From Escherichia coli (GTDB taxonomy: Bacteria; Pseudomonadota; Gammaproteobacteria; Enterobacterales; Enterobacteriaceae): a stretch of 64,000 bases of DNA. This document shows positions 16,130 to 32,058 of this stretch, in pieces. Each line of letters starts with the position of its first letter. The first letter of the stretch is position 1. The notes beneath the pieces were generated by a model. That model was not told the origin of the DNA. It did not search any database and saw only the letters and a program-made list of their open reading frames with translations. Position numbers and translations under genes: made by a program. The stretch lies in NCBI RefSeq assembly GCF_024298765.1, contig NZ_CP101210.1. One strand, 5' to 3'.

Positions 16130-17574
16130 CGCTGGATACGCTTAATGTGATGCTGGCCGTCAGCGAAGAGGGATTGATCGAAGAGATGATCATCGCGCTG
16201 CTGGCCTCACCGCAGCTGGCGGTCTTCTTTGAAAAATTCCCACGACTGAAGGCGGCAATCACTGATGATGTTCCCCGCTGGCGTGAGGCGCTGCGCAGTC
16301 GGCTGAAAGATGCCCGAGTCCCGCCGGAACTCACCGAAGAGGTGATGTGCTATCAGCAAAGCCAGCTCCTCTCCACGCCGCAGTTTATTGTGCAGCTACC
16401 ACAGATCCTGGACTTACTGCATCGTCTGAATTCTCCATGGGCAGAACAAGCCCGACAGTTGGTTGATGCTAACAGTACGATCACTTCAGCGTTACACACG
16501 CTTTTTCTCCAGCGCTGGCGTTTAAGTCTGATCGTGCAAGCAACGACGCTAAATCAGCAGCTATTAGAAGAAGAACGCGAACAACTGTTGAGTGAAGTTC
16601 AGGAACGCATGACGCTGAGCGGGCAACTTGAACCGATTCTCGCAGATAACAATACCGCAGCTGGTCGTCTGTGGGATATGAGCGCCGGTCAGCTTAAACG
16701 CGGCGACTATCAGTTGATTGTGAAATACGGTGAATTTCTTAACGAACAGCCGGAACTGAAACGCCTGGCAGAACAGTTGGGGCGTTCACGGGAAGCCAAA
16801 TCAATACCGCGCAACGATGCGCAGATGGAAACCTTCCGCACCATGGTGCGCGAACCGGCGACGGTTCCTGAGCAGGTTGATGGTCTGCAACAAAGCGATG
16901 ATATTTTACGTCTCCTGCCGCCAGAACTGGCGACACTGGGGATAACGGAACTGGAGTATGAGTTTTACCGTCGGCTGGTGGAAAAACAGTTGCTCACCTA
17001 TCGCCTGCACGGTGAGTCGTGGCGTGAAAAAGTGATCGAACGCCCGGTGGTACATAAAGATTACGACGAACAGCCGCGCGGACCGTTTATTGTCTGTGTG
17101 GATACTTCCGGCTCAATGGGCGGCTTTAATGAACAGTGTGCGAAAGCGTTCTGCCTGGCCTTGATGCGCATTGCTCTCGCTGAAAACCGGCGCTGCTATA
17201 TTATGTTATTTTCCACCGAGATCGTCCGTTATGAGCTTTCAGGCCCACAAGGCATCGAACAAGCAATCCGTTTTTTAAGCCAGCAGTTTCGTGGCGGCAC
17301 CGATCTTGCCAGTTGTTTTCGCGCCATTATGGAACGCTTGCAAAGCAGGGAATGGTTTGATGCCGATGCGGTGGTGATTTCTGATTTTATCGCCCAGCGG
17401 TTGCCTGACGACGTGACGAGTAAAGTGAAAGAGCTACAGCGCGTACATCAGCATCGCTTTCATGCCGTGGCGATGTCTGCACATGGCAAACCCGGCATCA
17501 TGCGCATTTTCGATCATATCTGGCGCTTTGATACCGGGATGCGAAGCCGCCTGCTCAGACGCTGGCGGCGATAA
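16123..17574 (+). CDS. viaA: VWA-domain protein ViaA (RavA partner)
   Basis: 483 aa; C-terminal von Willebrand A domain with MIDAS motif DTSGSM; 7-nt overlap with the ravA stop suggests translational coupling. Confidence 0.92.
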
Positions 17575-17578
17575 ATTA

Positions 17579-18571
17579 TTACAGCAGAGAAGGGACGCTC
17601 TCGCGAACAGCTGCCGGCCATACACCACACTGAACCTGGCCGATATGTGGCAGTTGCAGCAGCAGCATGGTCAAACGAGACTGCCCGATACCGCCGCCGA
17701 TGGTCTGCGGCATTTCACCGCGCAGCAGCGCCTGATGCCACTCCAGCTCCAGGCGATCTTCATCACCGGTCAGCGCCAGCTGATGTTTCAACGTATCGGC
17801 ATCCACGCGGATCCCCATGGAAGAAAGCTCAAACGCATCTTCCAGTACCGGGTTCCATACCAGAATATCGCCGTTCAGACCCGCATGGCCCAGCTCTGAC
17901 GGGGTGCTCCAGTCATCATAATCCGGTGCGCGCACGTCGTGACGATGACCATCACTCAACTTGCCGCCAATCCCGACGAGGAATACCGCGCCAAGATCTT
18001 TCGCAATCGCCCGCTCACGCCCTTTGGCATCGAGATCCGGATAACGAGACAGTAACTCCTGGCTGTGTACGAAGTGGATCTGATCCGGCAGGAACGGTGC
18101 CAGGCCAAACTCTTCGCTAACCGCAGCTTCGGTTGCTTTAATTCCCGCCCAGATCGCCTCTACCGTGCTTTTCAGAGTCGAGAATTGACGCTCACCGTCG
18201 CCCATTACGCGTTCCCAGTCCCACTGGTCAACATAGACCGAGTGCAACGGAGAAAGACGGTCTTCATCGGGGCGAAGGGCTTTCATGTGCGTGTACAGCC
18301 CTTCGCCCGCGCTGAAGTCGTGTTGCCCTAATGTCTGACGTTTCCACTTCGCCAGTGAATGAACCACTTCGAACTGGGCATCAGGCAGAGCTTTCACTTT
18401 TACCTGCACCGCTTTTTCACAGCCCGACAAGTTATCCTGCGTGCCATCCCCCACACGGCTAAGAATCGGCGCCTGGACTTCGATCAGCCCCAGACGTTCT
18501 TCCAGTTGACGGGAAAAGTGAGATTTCACGAAGCTAATTTGACGTTGTTTGGCAATGTAAGCGGTTTTCAT
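17579..18571 (-). CDS. asnA: Aspartate-ammonia ligase (asparagine synthetase A)
   Basis: 330 aa; N-terminus [50 protein letters not shown]; class II aaRS-like fold. Confidence 0.95.
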
Positions 18572-18722
18572 TTTTTATACTCCTGCGTCCTGTTGCTTAT
18601 GATTAAGCAACAAAAACCGACACGCATGCAATAATCATTCAATAAAAAGCCTAACTCACTTTTGATTCATTAAAAAAGAAGGCTAAAATAGAATGAATCA
18701 TCAATCCGCATAAGAAAATCCT

Positions 18723-19181
18723 ATGGAAAATTATCTAATCGACAATCTGGACCGTGGCATCCTGGAAGCATTAATGGGCAATGCGCGCACCGCTTACGCC
18801 GAACTGGCGAAACAATTTGGCGTCAGTCCGGGGACGATTCACGTTCGAGTAGAGAAAATGAAGCAGGCGGGGATCATTACCGGGGCGCGTATTGATGTCA
18901 GCCCGAAGCAGCTCGGTTATGACGTAGGCTGCTTTATCGGCATTATATTAAAGAGCGCCAAAGACTATCCTTCCGCGCTGGCGAAACTGGAAAGCCTTGA
19001 TGAAGTCACTGAAGCCTATTACACCACCGGCCACTACAGCATCTTTATAAAAGTGATGTGCCGTTCGATCGACGCTCTCCAGCATGTACTTATCAACAAG
19101 ATCCAAACAATTGATGAAATTCAGTCCACCGAGACATTGATCGTCCTGCAAAACCCGATCATGCGTACCATCAAGCCCTGA
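18723..19181 (+). CDS. asnC: AsnC/Lrp-family regulator of asnA
   Basis: 152 aa; N-terminal HTH (RTAYAELAKQFGVSPGTIHVRVEKMKQAGII); transcribed divergently from asnA. Confidence 0.95.
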   Translation: MENYLIDNLDRGILEALMGNARTAYAELAKQFGVSPGTIHVRVEKMKQAGIITGARIDVSPKQLGYDVGCFIGIILKSAKDYPSALAKLESLDEVTEAYYTTGHYSIFIKVMCRSIDALQHVLINKIQTIDEIQSTETLIVLQNPIMRTIKP

Positions 19182-19202
19182 TCGGCTTTTTTAATCCCAT
19201 AC

Positions 19203-19211
19203 TTTTCCACA
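19203..19211 (+). promoter_or_regulatory. DnaA-box-like site in mioC promoter
   Basis: TTTTCCACA (one mismatch to TTATCCACA) lies just upstream of a TACAAT -10-like hexamer preceding mioC. Confidence 0.55.
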
Positions 19212-19270
19212 GGTAGATCCCAACGCGTTCACAGCGTACAATATGCCACTCTTAATAAAGGTGGCGGTTT

Positions 19271-19714
19271 ATGGCAGATATCACTCTTATCAGCGGCAGC
19301 ACCCTCGGCGGTGCCGAATATGTAGCAGAACACCTGGCTGAAAAGCTGGAAGAGGCGGGTTTTACCACCGAAACGCTGCACGGTCCGCTGTTGGAAGATT
19401 TATCTGCCTCTGGGATCTGGCTGGTTATCAGCTCAACCCACGGTGCCGGAGATATTCCGGACAACCTTTCTCCTTTCTATGAAGCATTGCAGGAACAGAA
19501 GCCCGATCTTTCTGCGGTCCGCTTTGGCGCAATCGGTATTGGTAGTCGTGAATATGACACCTTTTGTGGGGCTATCGATAAACTCGAGGCAGAACTCAAA
19601 AATTCCGGTGCAAAACAGACAGGCGAAACACTGAAGATCAACATTCTTGATCACGACATTCCGGAAGATCCGGCAGAAGAATGGCTGGGATCGTGGATTA
19701 ATTTACTCAAATAA
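19271..19714 (+). CDS. mioC: FMN-binding flavodoxin-like protein MioC
   Basis: 147 aa flavodoxin fold (ISGSTLGGAEYVAEHL...) immediately adjacent to oriC. Confidence 0.95.
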   Translation: MADITLISGSTLGGAEYVAEHLAEKLEEAGFTTETLHGPLLEDLSASGIWLVISSTHGAGDIPDNLSPFYEALQEQKPDLSAVRFGAIGIGSREYDTFCGAIDKLEAELKNSGAKQTGETLKINILDHDIPEDPAEEWLGSWINLLK

Positions 19715-19720
19715 GTATAC

Positions 19721-20004
19721 AGATCGTGCGATCTACTGTGGATAACTCTGTCAGGAAGCTTGGATCAACCGGTAGTTATCCAAAGAACAACCGTTGTTCA
19801 GTTTTTGAGTTGTGTATAACCCCTCATTCTGATCCCAGCTTATACGGTCCAGGATCACCGATCATTCACAGTTAATGATCCTTTCCAGGTTGTTGATCTT
19901 AAAAGCCGGATCCTTGTTATCCACAGGGCAGTGCGATCCTAATAAGAGATCACAATAGAACAGATCTCTAAATAAATAGATCTTCTTTTTAATACCCAGG
20001 ATCC
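19721..20004. other. oriC chromosomal replication origin (DnaA boxes R1-R4, three 13-mers/DUE, GATC cluster)
   Basis: Reverse-complement orientation of the canonical E. coli oriC. DnaA boxes: TGTGGATAA (about 19737-19745, R4), TTATCCAAA (about 19776-19784), TGTGTATAA (about 19811-19819, R2), TTATCCACA (about 19917-19925, R1). 13-mers as reverse complements: CTAATAAGAGATC, AATAGAACAGATC, AAATAAATAGATC (19939-19982). Multiple GATC sites; GGATCC at the mnmG-proximal boundary. Confidence 0.95.
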
Positions 20005-20092
20005 CAGGTCTTTCTCAAGCCGACAAAGTTGAGTAGAATCCACGGCCCGGGCTTCAATCCATTTTCATACCGCGTTATGCGAGGCAATCACC

Positions 20093-21982
20093 ATGTTTTA
20101 TCCGGATCCTTTTGACGTCATCATCATTGGCGGGGGTCATGCAGGCACCGAGGCCGCGATGGCCGCGGCGCGTATGGGTCAACAGACTCTGCTTTTGACA
20201 CACAATATCGACACTCTGGGGCAGATGAGCTGCAACCCGGCGATCGGCGGTATTGGGAAGGGACATCTGGTAAAAGAAGTGGATGCACTCGGCGGTCTGA
20301 TGGCGAAAGCGATCGATCAGGCGGGTATCCAGTTTAGGATACTAAACGCAAGCAAGGGACCGGCGGTTCGCGCTACCCGAGCTCAGGCGGATCGTGTGCT
20401 CTACCGTCAGGCGGTACGTACGGCGCTGGAGAACCAACCGAACCTGATGATCTTCCAGCAGGCGGTTGAAGATCTTATTGTCGAAAACGATCGCGTGGTC
20501 GGTGCTGTTACCCAAATGGGACTGAAGTTCCGTGCCAAAGCCGTCGTGCTCACCGTTGGGACGTTCCTGGACGGTAAAATTCATATCGGTCTGGATAACT
20601 ACAGCGGTGGCCGTGCTGGTGATCCGCCGTCCATTCCGCTTTCTCGCCGTTTGCGTGAACTGCCGCTGCGCGTTGGTCGTCTGAAAACCGGGACTCCGCC
20701 GCGTATTGATGCTCGAACCATAGACTTTAGCGTGCTGGCGCAACAGCATGGCGATAACCCAATGCCGGTATTCTCGTTTATGGGTAATGCGTCCCAGCAT
20801 CCACAGCAGGTGCCGTGTTATATCACTCATACCAACGAGAAAACCCATGATGTGATCCGCAGTAACCTCGATCGTAGCCCAATGTACGCAGGGGTGATCG
20901 AAGGTGTCGGCCCACGCTACTGCCCGTCGATCGAAGACAAAGTCATGCGCTTCGCCGACAGAAATCAGCATCAGATCTTCCTTGAACCGGAAGGGCTGAC
21001 CTCAAACGAAATTTATCCGAACGGTATCTCCACCAGCCTGCCGTTCGATGTGCAGATGCAAATCGTCCGCTCCATGCAGGGGATGGAAAACGCGAAGATC
21101 GTGCGTCCAGGTTATGCCATTGAGTATGACTTCTTCGATCCACGCGACCTGAAACCGACGCTGGAGAGCAAGTTTATCCAGGGGCTGTTCTTTGCTGGTC
21201 AGATTAACGGCACTACCGGTTACGAAGAAGCCGCTGCGCAAGGTTTGCTGGCTGGTCTTAACGCTGCCCGTCTGTCTGCAGACAAAGAAGGTTGGGCTCC
21301 AGCGCGTTCTCAGGCGTATCTCGGCGTACTGGTTGATGACCTGTGCACTTTAGGAACCAAAGAACCGTATCGTATGTTTACCTCGCGCGCAGAATATCGT
21401 CTGATGCTGCGCGAAGATAATGCAGATCTGCGTTTGACTGAAATCGGTCGTGAACTGGGCCTGGTGGATGACGAACGTTGGGCGCGCTTTAACGAGAAAC
21501 TTGAGAATATCGAGCGTGAGCGTCAGCGTCTGAAATCGACCTGGGTAACCCCGTCGGCGGAAGCTGCAGCCGAAGTGAATGCTCACCTGACTGCGCCGCT
21601 TTCCCGTGAAGCCAGTGGTGAAGATCTGCTACGTCGTCCTGAAATGACTTATGAAAAATTAACCACGCTGACACCGTTTGCCCCTGCGTTGACAGATGAA
21701 CAGGCTGCGGAACAGGTTGAGATTCAGGTTAAATACGAAGGTTATATCGCGCGCCAGCAAGATGAGATCGAAAAGCAGCTGCGTAACGAGAATACCCTGC
21801 TACCAGCGACGCTGGATTACCGCCAGGTATCCGGTCTTTCTAACGAAGTGATCGCCAAACTTAACGATCACAAACCGGCCTCTATTGGCCAGGCTTCGCG
21901 TATTTCTGGCGTCACGCCTGCGGCTATCTCCATTCTGCTGGTGTGGCTGAAAAAACAGGGTATGCTGCGTCGTAGCGCATAA
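20093..21982 (+). CDS. mnmG: tRNA uridine-5-carboxymethylaminomethyl modification enzyme MnmG (GidA)
   Basis: 629 aa; N-terminal FAD-binding motif [15 protein letters not shown]. Confidence 0.96.
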
Positions 21983-22045
21983 CGCATTAAAAATGCCTGG
22001 TAAGCACCCGCTTACCGGGCAACGCATCAAGAACAGGTAATCACC

Positions 22046-22669
22046 GTGCTCAACAAACTCACCTCTCTGCTGAAAGACGCAGGTATTTCGCTTACCGATC
22101 ACCAGAAAAACCAGCTTATTGCCTATGTGAATATGCTGCATAAATGGAATAAAGCGTACAACCTGACTTCGGTCCGCGATCCTAATGAGATGCTGGTACG
22201 CCATATTCTCGATAGCATTGTGGTGGCACCGTATCTGCAAGGTGAACGGTTTATCGATGTCGGCACCGGTCCAGGACTGCCTGGCATTCCACTCTCTATC
22301 GTGCGTCCTGAAGCCCATTTCACTCTGTTGGATAGCCTTGGTAAACGCGTGCGTTTCCTTCGTCAGGTGCAACATGAGCTTAAACTGGAGAATATTGAGC
22401 CAGTACAGAGCAGGGTAGAAGAGTTTCCTTCAGAGCCGCCATTTGATGGCGTAATTAGCCGCGCTTTTGCCTCTCTGAACGATATGGTGAGCTGGTGTCA
22501 CCATCTTCCTGGTGAGCAAGGCCGTTTCTACGCGCTGAAAGGCCAAATGCCGGAAGATGAAATCGCTTTGTTGCCCGAAGAATATCAGGTCGAATCAGTG
22601 GTTAAACTTCACGTTCCGGCCCTGGATGGCGAACGTCATCTGGTGGTGATTAAAGCAAATAAAATTTAA
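22046..22669 (+). CDS. rsmG: 16S rRNA m7G527 methyltransferase RsmG (GidB)
   Basis: 207 aa; SAM-binding motif [13 protein letters not shown]. Confidence 0.95.
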   Translation: MLNKLTSLLKDAGISLTDHQKNQLIAYVNMLHKWNKAYNLTSVRDPNEMLVRHILDSIVVAPYLQGERFIDVGTGPGLPGIPLSIVRPEAHFTLLDSLGKRVRFLRQVQHELKLENIEPVQSRVEEFPSEPPFDGVISRAFASLNDMVSWCHHLPGEQGRFYALKGQMPEDEIALLPEEYQVESVVKLHVPALDGERHLVVIKANKI

Positions 22670-22754
22670 TTTTTATCAAAAAAATCATAAAAAATTGACC
22701 GGTTAGACTGTTAACAACAACCAGGTTTTCTACTGATATAACTGGTTACATTTA

Positions 22755-22801
22755 ACGCCACGTTCACTCTTTTGCATCAACAAGATAACGTGGCTTTTTT
22801 T
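22755..22801 (+). terminator. Putative intrinsic terminator after rsmG
   Basis: GCCACGTT ... AACGTGGC inverted repeat followed by a TTTTTTT tract. Confidence 0.45.
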
Positions 22802-23166
22802 GGTAAGCAGAAAATAAGTCATAAGTGAAAATATCAGTCTGCTAAAAATCGGCGCTAAGAATCATCATTGGCTGTTAAAACATTATTAAAAATGTCAATG
22901 GGTGGTTTTTGTTGTGTAAATGTCATTTATTAAAACAGTATCTGTTTTTAGACTGAAATATCATAAACTTGCAAAGGCATCATTTGCCAAGTAAATAAAT
23001 ATGCTGTGCGCGAACATGCTCAATATGTGATCTGAAGCACGCTTTATCACCAGTGTTTACGCGTTATTTACAGTTTTTCATGATCGAACATGGTTTGCAG
23101 AAAAGTCGCAATTGTATGCACTGGAAAAATATTTAAACATTTATTCACCTTTTGGCTACTTATTGT

Positions 23167-23194
23167 TTGAAATCACGGGGGCGCACCGTATAAT
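23167..23194 (+). promoter_or_regulatory. atp operon promoter (atpIp)
   Basis: TTGAAA (-35), 16 bp spacer, TATAAT (-10), about 90 bp upstream of atpI. Confidence 0.6.
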
Positions 23195-23285
23195 TTGACC
23201 GCTTTTTGATGCTTGACTCTAAGCCTTAAAGAAAGTTTTATACGACACGCGGCATACCTCGAAGGGAGCAGGAGTGAAAAACGTG

Positions 23286-24490
<1,205 letters not shown>

Positions 24491-24518
24491 TTTACCAACA
24501 CTACTACGTTTTAACTGA

Positions 24519-24793
<275 letters not shown>

Positions 24794-24837
24794 TAAAGAG
24801 CAATATCAGAACGTTAACTAAATAGAGGCATTGTGCT

Positions 24838-25308
24838 GTGAATCTTAACGCAACAATCCTCGGCCAGGCCATCGCGTTTGTCCTGTTCGTTCTGTTCTGC
24901 ATGAAGTACGTATGGCCGCCATTAATGGCAGCCATCGAAAAACGTCAAAAAGAAATTGCTGACGGCCTTGCTTCCGCAGAACGAGCACATAAGGACCTTG
25001 ACCTTGCAAAGGCCAGCGCGACCGACCAGCTGAAAAAAGCGAAAGCGGAAGCCCAGGTAATCATCGAGCAGGCTAACAAACGCCGCTCGCAGATTCTGGA
25101 CGAAGCGAAAGCTGAGGCAGAACAGGAACGTACTAAAATCGTGGCCCAGGCGCAGGCGGAAATTGAAGCCGAGCGTAAACGTGCCCGTGAAGAGCTGCGT
25201 AAGCAAGTTGCTATCCTGGCTGTTGCTGGCGCCGAGAAGATCATCGAACGTTCCGTGGATGAAGCTGCTAACAGCGACATCGTGGATAAACTTGTCGCTG
25301 AACTGTAA
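24838..25308 (+). CDS. atpF: F0F1 ATP synthase subunit b
   Basis: 156 aa; single N-terminal TM helix then a long charged coiled coil; GTG start. Confidence 0.95.
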
Positions 25309-25322
25309 GGAGGGAGGGGCTG

Positions 25323-25856
25323 ATGTCTGAATTTATTACGGTAGCTCGCCCCTACGCCAAAGCAGCTTTTGACTTTGCCGTCGAACACCAAAGTGTAGAA
25401 CGCTGGCAGGACATGCTGGCGTTTGCCGCCGAGGTAACCAAAAACGAACAAATGGCAGAGCTTCTCTCTGGCGCGCTTGCGCCAGAAACGCTCGCCGAGT
25501 CGTTTATCGCAGTTTGTGGTGAGCAACTGGACGAAAACGGTCAGAACCTGATTCGGGTTATGGCTGAAAATGGTCGTCTTAACGCGCTCCCGGATGTTCT
25601 GGAGCAGTTTATTCACCTGCGTGCCGTGAGTGAGGCTACCGCTGAGGTAGACGTCATTTCCGCTGCCGCACTGAGTGAACAACAGCTCGCGAAAATTTCT
25701 GCTGCGATGGAAAAACGTCTGTCACGCAAAGTTAAGCTGAATTGCAAAATCGATAAGTCTGTAATGGCAGGCGTTATCATCCGAGCGGGTGATATGGTCA
25801 TTGATGGCAGCGTACGCGGTCGTCTTGAGCGCCTTGCAGACGTCTTGCAGTCTTAA
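25323..25856 (+). CDS. atpH: F0F1 ATP synthase subunit delta
   Basis: 177 aa ORF in the conserved operon position between b and alpha. Confidence 0.95.
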
Positions 25857-25868
25857 GGGGACTGGAGC

Positions 25869-27410
25869 ATGCAACTGAATTCCACCGAAATCAGCGAACT
25901 GATCAAGCAGCGCATTGCTCAGTTCAATGTTGTGAGTGAAGCTCACAACGAAGGTACTATTGTTTCTGTAAGTGACGGTGTTATCCGCATTCACGGCCTG
26001 GCCGATTGTATGCAGGGTGAAATGATCTCCCTGCCGGGTAACCGTTACGCTATCGCACTGAACCTCGAGCGCGACTCTGTAGGTGCGGTTGTTATGGGTC
26101 CGTACGCTGACCTTGCCGAAGGCATGAAAGTTAAGTGTACTGGCCGTATCCTGGAAGTTCCGGTTGGCCGTGGCCTGCTGGGCCGTGTGGTTAACACTCT
26201 GGGTGCACCAATCGACGGTAAAGGTCCGCTGGATCACGACGGCTTCTCTGCTGTAGAAGCAATCGCTCCGGGCGTTATCGAACGTCAGTCCGTAGATCAG
26301 CCGGTACAGACCGGTTATAAAGCCGTTGACTCCATGATCCCAATCGGTCGTGGTCAGCGTGAATTGATCATCGGTGACCGTCAGACCGGTAAAACCGCAC
26401 TGGCTATCGATGCCATCATCAACCAGCGCGATTCCGGTATCAAATGTATCTATGTCGCTATCGGCCAAAAAGCGTCCACCATTTCTAACGTGGTACGTAA
26501 ACTGGAAGAGCACGGCGCACTGGCTAACACCATCGTTGTGGTAGCAACCGCGTCTGAATCCGCTGCACTGCAATACCTGGCACCGTACGCTGGTTGTGCA
26601 ATGGGCGAATACTTCCGTGACCGCGGTGAAGATGCGCTGATCATTTACGATGACCTGTCTAAACAGGCTGTTGCTTACCGTCAGATCTCCCTGCTGCTCC
26701 GTCGTCCGCCAGGACGTGAAGCATTCCCGGGCGACGTATTCTACCTCCACTCTCGTCTGCTGGAGCGTGCTGCGCGTGTTAACGCCGAATACGTTGAAGC
26801 CTTCACCAAAGGTGAAGTGAAAGGGAAAACCGGTTCTCTGACTGCGCTGCCGATTATCGAAACTCAGGCGGGTGACGTTTCTGCGTTCGTTCCAACCAAC
26901 GTAATCTCCATTACCGATGGTCAGATCTTCCTGGAAACCAACCTGTTCAACGCCGGTATTCGTCCTGCGGTTAACCCGGGTATTTCCGTATCCCGTGTTG
27001 GTGGTGCAGCACAGACCAAGATCATGAAAAAACTGTCCGGTGGTATCCGTACCGCTCTGGCACAGTATCGTGAACTGGCAGCGTTCTCTCAGTTTGCATC
27101 CGACCTTGACGATGCAACACGTAAGCAGCTTGACCACGGTCAGAAAGTGACCGAACTGCTGAAGCAGAAACAGTATGCGCCGATGTCTGTTGCGCAACAG
27201 TCTCTGGTTCTGTTCGCAGCAGAACGTGGTTACCTGGCGGATGTAGAACTGTCGAAAATCGGCAGCTTCGAAGCCGCTCTGCTGGCTTACGTCGACCGTG
27301 ATCACGCTCCGTTGATGCAAGAGATCAACCAGACCGGTGGCTACAACGACGAAATCGAAGGCAAGCTGAAAGGCATCCTCGATTCCTTCAAAGCAACCCA
27401 ATCCTGGTAA
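25869..27410 (+). CDS. atpA: F0F1 ATP synthase subunit alpha
   Basis: 513 aa; Walker [10 protein letters not shown]. Confidence 0.97.
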
Positions 27411-27460
27411 CGTCTGGCGGCTTGCCTTAGGGCAGGCCGCAAGGCATTGAGGAGAAGCTC

Positions 27461-29733
<2,273 letters not shown>

Positions 29734-29753
29734 CGCCTTAATCGGAGGGTGAT

Positions 29754-30173
29754 ATGGCAATGACTTACCACCTGGACGTCGTCAGCGCAGAGCAACAAAT
29801 GTTCTCTGGTCTGGTCGAGAAAATCCAGGTAACGGGTAGCGAAGGTGAACTGGGGATCTACCCTGGCCACGCACCGCTGCTCACCGCCATTAAGCCTGGT
29901 ATGATTCGCATCGTGAAACAGCACGGTCACGAAGAGTTTATCTATCTGTCTGGCGGCATTCTTGAAGTGCAGCCTGGCAACGTGACTGTTCTGGCCGACA
30001 CCGCAATTCGCGGCCAGGATCTCGACGAAGCGCGAGCCATGGAAGCGAAACGTAAGGCTGAAGAGCACATTAGCAGCTCTCACGGCGACGTAGATTACGC
30101 TCAGGCGTCTGCGGAACTGGCCAAAGCGATCGCGCAGCTGCGCGTTATCGAGTTGACCAAAAAAGCGATGTAA
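29754..30173 (+). CDS. atpC: F0F1 ATP synthase subunit epsilon
   Basis: 139 aa ORF starting [19 protein letters not shown]. Confidence 0.96.
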
Positions 30174-30192
30174 CACCGGCTTGAAAAGCACA

Positions 30193-30226
30193 AAAGCCAG
30201 TCTGGCAACAGGCTGGCTTTTTTTTA
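30193..30226 (+). terminator. atp operon intrinsic terminator
   Basis: AGCCAGTCTG/CAGGCTGGCT stem (one mismatch) followed by T8, 20 nt after the atpC stop. Confidence 0.75.
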
Positions 30227-30526
30227 CGCGTATTGACCCGTCCTGAAAAGCGTTCACATAGATTCTGATGATATAAAACACCCCTGTTTTCCCGTTTATT
30301 CATTGATCGAAATAAGAGCAAAAACATCCACCTGACGCTTAAATGAAGGTACTGCCTTAATTTTCTGCAGACAAAAGGCGTGACGATGGTCGAAAATGGC
30401 GCTTTCGTCAGCGGGGATAATCCGTTATTGAACAATTTATCCTCTGTCCATTTCACGATGAAAAAAATGTAGTTTTTTCAAGGTGAAGCGGTTTAAATTC
30501 GTTCTCAAATTACAGTCAGGACGCGT

Positions 30527-31897
30527 ATGTTGAATAATGCTATGAGCGTAGTGATCCTTGCCGCAGGCAAAGGCACGCGCATGTATTCCGATCTTCCGAA
30601 AGTGCTGCATACCCTTGCCGGGAAAGCGATGGTTCAGCATGTCATTGATGCTGCGAATGAATTAGGCGCAGCGCACGTTCACCTGGTTTACGGTCACGGC
30701 GGCGATCTGCTTAAACAGGCGCTGAAAGATGACAACCTGAACTGGGTGCTTCAGGCAGAACAGCTGGGTACAGGTCATGCGATGCAGCAGGCCGCACCTT
30801 TCTTTGCCGATGATGAAGACATTTTAATGCTCTACGGCGACGTGCCGCTGATCTCTGTCGAAACACTCCAGCGCCTGCGTGATGCTAAACCGCAGGGTGG
30901 CATTGGTCTGCTGACGGTAAAACTGGATGATCCGACCGGTTATGGACGTATCACCCGTGAAAACGGCAAAGTTACCGGCATTGTTGAGCACAAAGACGCC
31001 ACCGACGAGCAGCGTCAGATTCAGGAGATCAACACCGGCATTCTGATTGCCAACGGCGCAGATATGAAACGCTGGCTGGCGAAGCTGACCAACAATAACG
31101 CTCAGGGTGAATACTACATCACCGACATTATTGCGCTGGCGTATCAGGAAGGGCGTGAAATCGTCGCCGTTCATCCGCAACGTTTAAGCGAAGTAGAAGG
31201 CGTGAATAACCGCCTGCAACTCTCCCGACTGGAGCGCGTTTACCAGTCCGAACAGGCTGAAAAACTGCTGTTAGCAGGCGTTATGCTGCGCGATCCGGCG
31301 CGTTTTGATCTGCGCGGTACGCTTACTCACGGGCGCGATGTTGAAATTGATACTAACGTTATCATCGAGGGCAACGTGACTCTCGGTCATCGCGTGAAAA
31401 TCGGCACCGGTTGCGTGATTAAAAACAGCGTGATTGGCGATGATTGCGAAATCAGTCCGTATACCGTTGTGGAAGATGCGAATCTGGCAGCGGCCTGTAC
31501 CATTGGCCCGTTTGCCCGTCTGCGTCCTGGTGCTGAGTTGCTGGAAGGTGCACACGTCGGTAACTTCGTTGAGATGAAAAAAGCGCGTCTGGGTAAAGGC
31601 TCGAAAGCTGGTCATCTGACTTACCTGGGCGATGCGGAAATTGGCGATAACGTTAACATCGGCGCGGGAACCATTACCTGCAACTACGATGGTGCGAATA
31701 AATTTAAGACCATTATCGGTGACGATGTGTTTGTCGGTTCCGACACTCAGCTGGTGGCCCCGGTAACAGTAGGCAAAGGCGCGACCATTGCTGCGGGTAC
31801 AACTGTGACGCGTAATGTCGGCGAAAACGCCCTGGCGATCAGCCGTGTGCCGCAGACTCAAAAAGAAGGCTGGCGTCGTCCGGTAAAGAAAAAGTAA
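30527..31897 (+). CDS. glmU: Bifunctional GlcNAc-1-P uridyltransferase / GlcN-1-P acetyltransferase
   Basis: 456 aa; N-terminal nucleotidyltransferase motif LAAGKGTRM and C-terminal hexapeptide-repeat left-handed beta-helix region. Confidence 0.96.
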   Translation: MLNNAMSVVILAAGKGTRMYSDLPKVLHTLAGKAMVQHVIDAANELGAAHVHLVYGHGGDLLKQALKDDNLNWVLQAEQLGTGHAMQQAAPFFADDEDILMLYGDVPLISVETLQRLRDAKPQGGIGLLTVKLDDPTGYGRITRENGKVTGIVEHKDATDEQRQIQEINTGILIANGADMKRWLAKLTNNNAQGEYYITDIIALAYQEGREIVAVHPQRLSEVEGVNNRLQLSRLERVYQSEQAEKLLLAGVMLRDPARFDLRGTLTHGRDVEIDTNVIIEGNVTLGHRVKIGTGCVIKNSVIGDDCEISPYTVVEDANLAAACTIGPFARLRPGAELLEGAHVGNFVEMKKARLGKGSKAGHLTYLGDAEIGDNVNIGAGTITCNYDGANKFKTIIGDDVFVGSDTQLVAPVTVGKGATIAAGTTVTRNVGENALAISRVPQTQKEGWRRPVKKK

Positions 31898-32058
31898 TTC
31901 TGGCTGGGAAATCCGGTCATATGGGATGAGGAGATAACATAATCTCCCGCCCACAAGCAGTAACTATAAAAATAACCCCACTCTCTACAAGGCTCGGGGC
32001 GCCCGAAAAAACGGGCATACAGGTTGACCGACAACGATATAAATCGGAATCAAAAACT

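Noticed and set aside
19721-20004. Possible CRISPR-like or tandem repeat array suggested by recurring GATCT/TTATCCACA motifs
   Set aside because: The repeats are the 13-mers, DnaA boxes and Dam sites of oriC; there are no regularly spaced direct repeats with unique spacers and no cas genes in the window.
25722-27401. 559 aa ORF antisense to atpA (and similar long antisense ORFs opposite mnmG 20342-20971, pstC 40640-41398, glmS 33286-33957, glmU 31271-31954, atpD 29140-29760)
   Set aside because: They lie entirely inside well-established genes on the opposite strand, lack a Shine-Dalgarno sequence, and have low-complexity Arg/Gln/Thr-rich composition; such stop-free antisense frames are a known by-product of codon bias in highly expressed GC-rich genes.
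30145-30456. 103 aa minus-strand ORF in the atpC-glmU spacer
   Set aside because: GTG start without a Shine-Dalgarno sequence; it runs through the atp terminator hairpin and the glmU promoter region; not supported.
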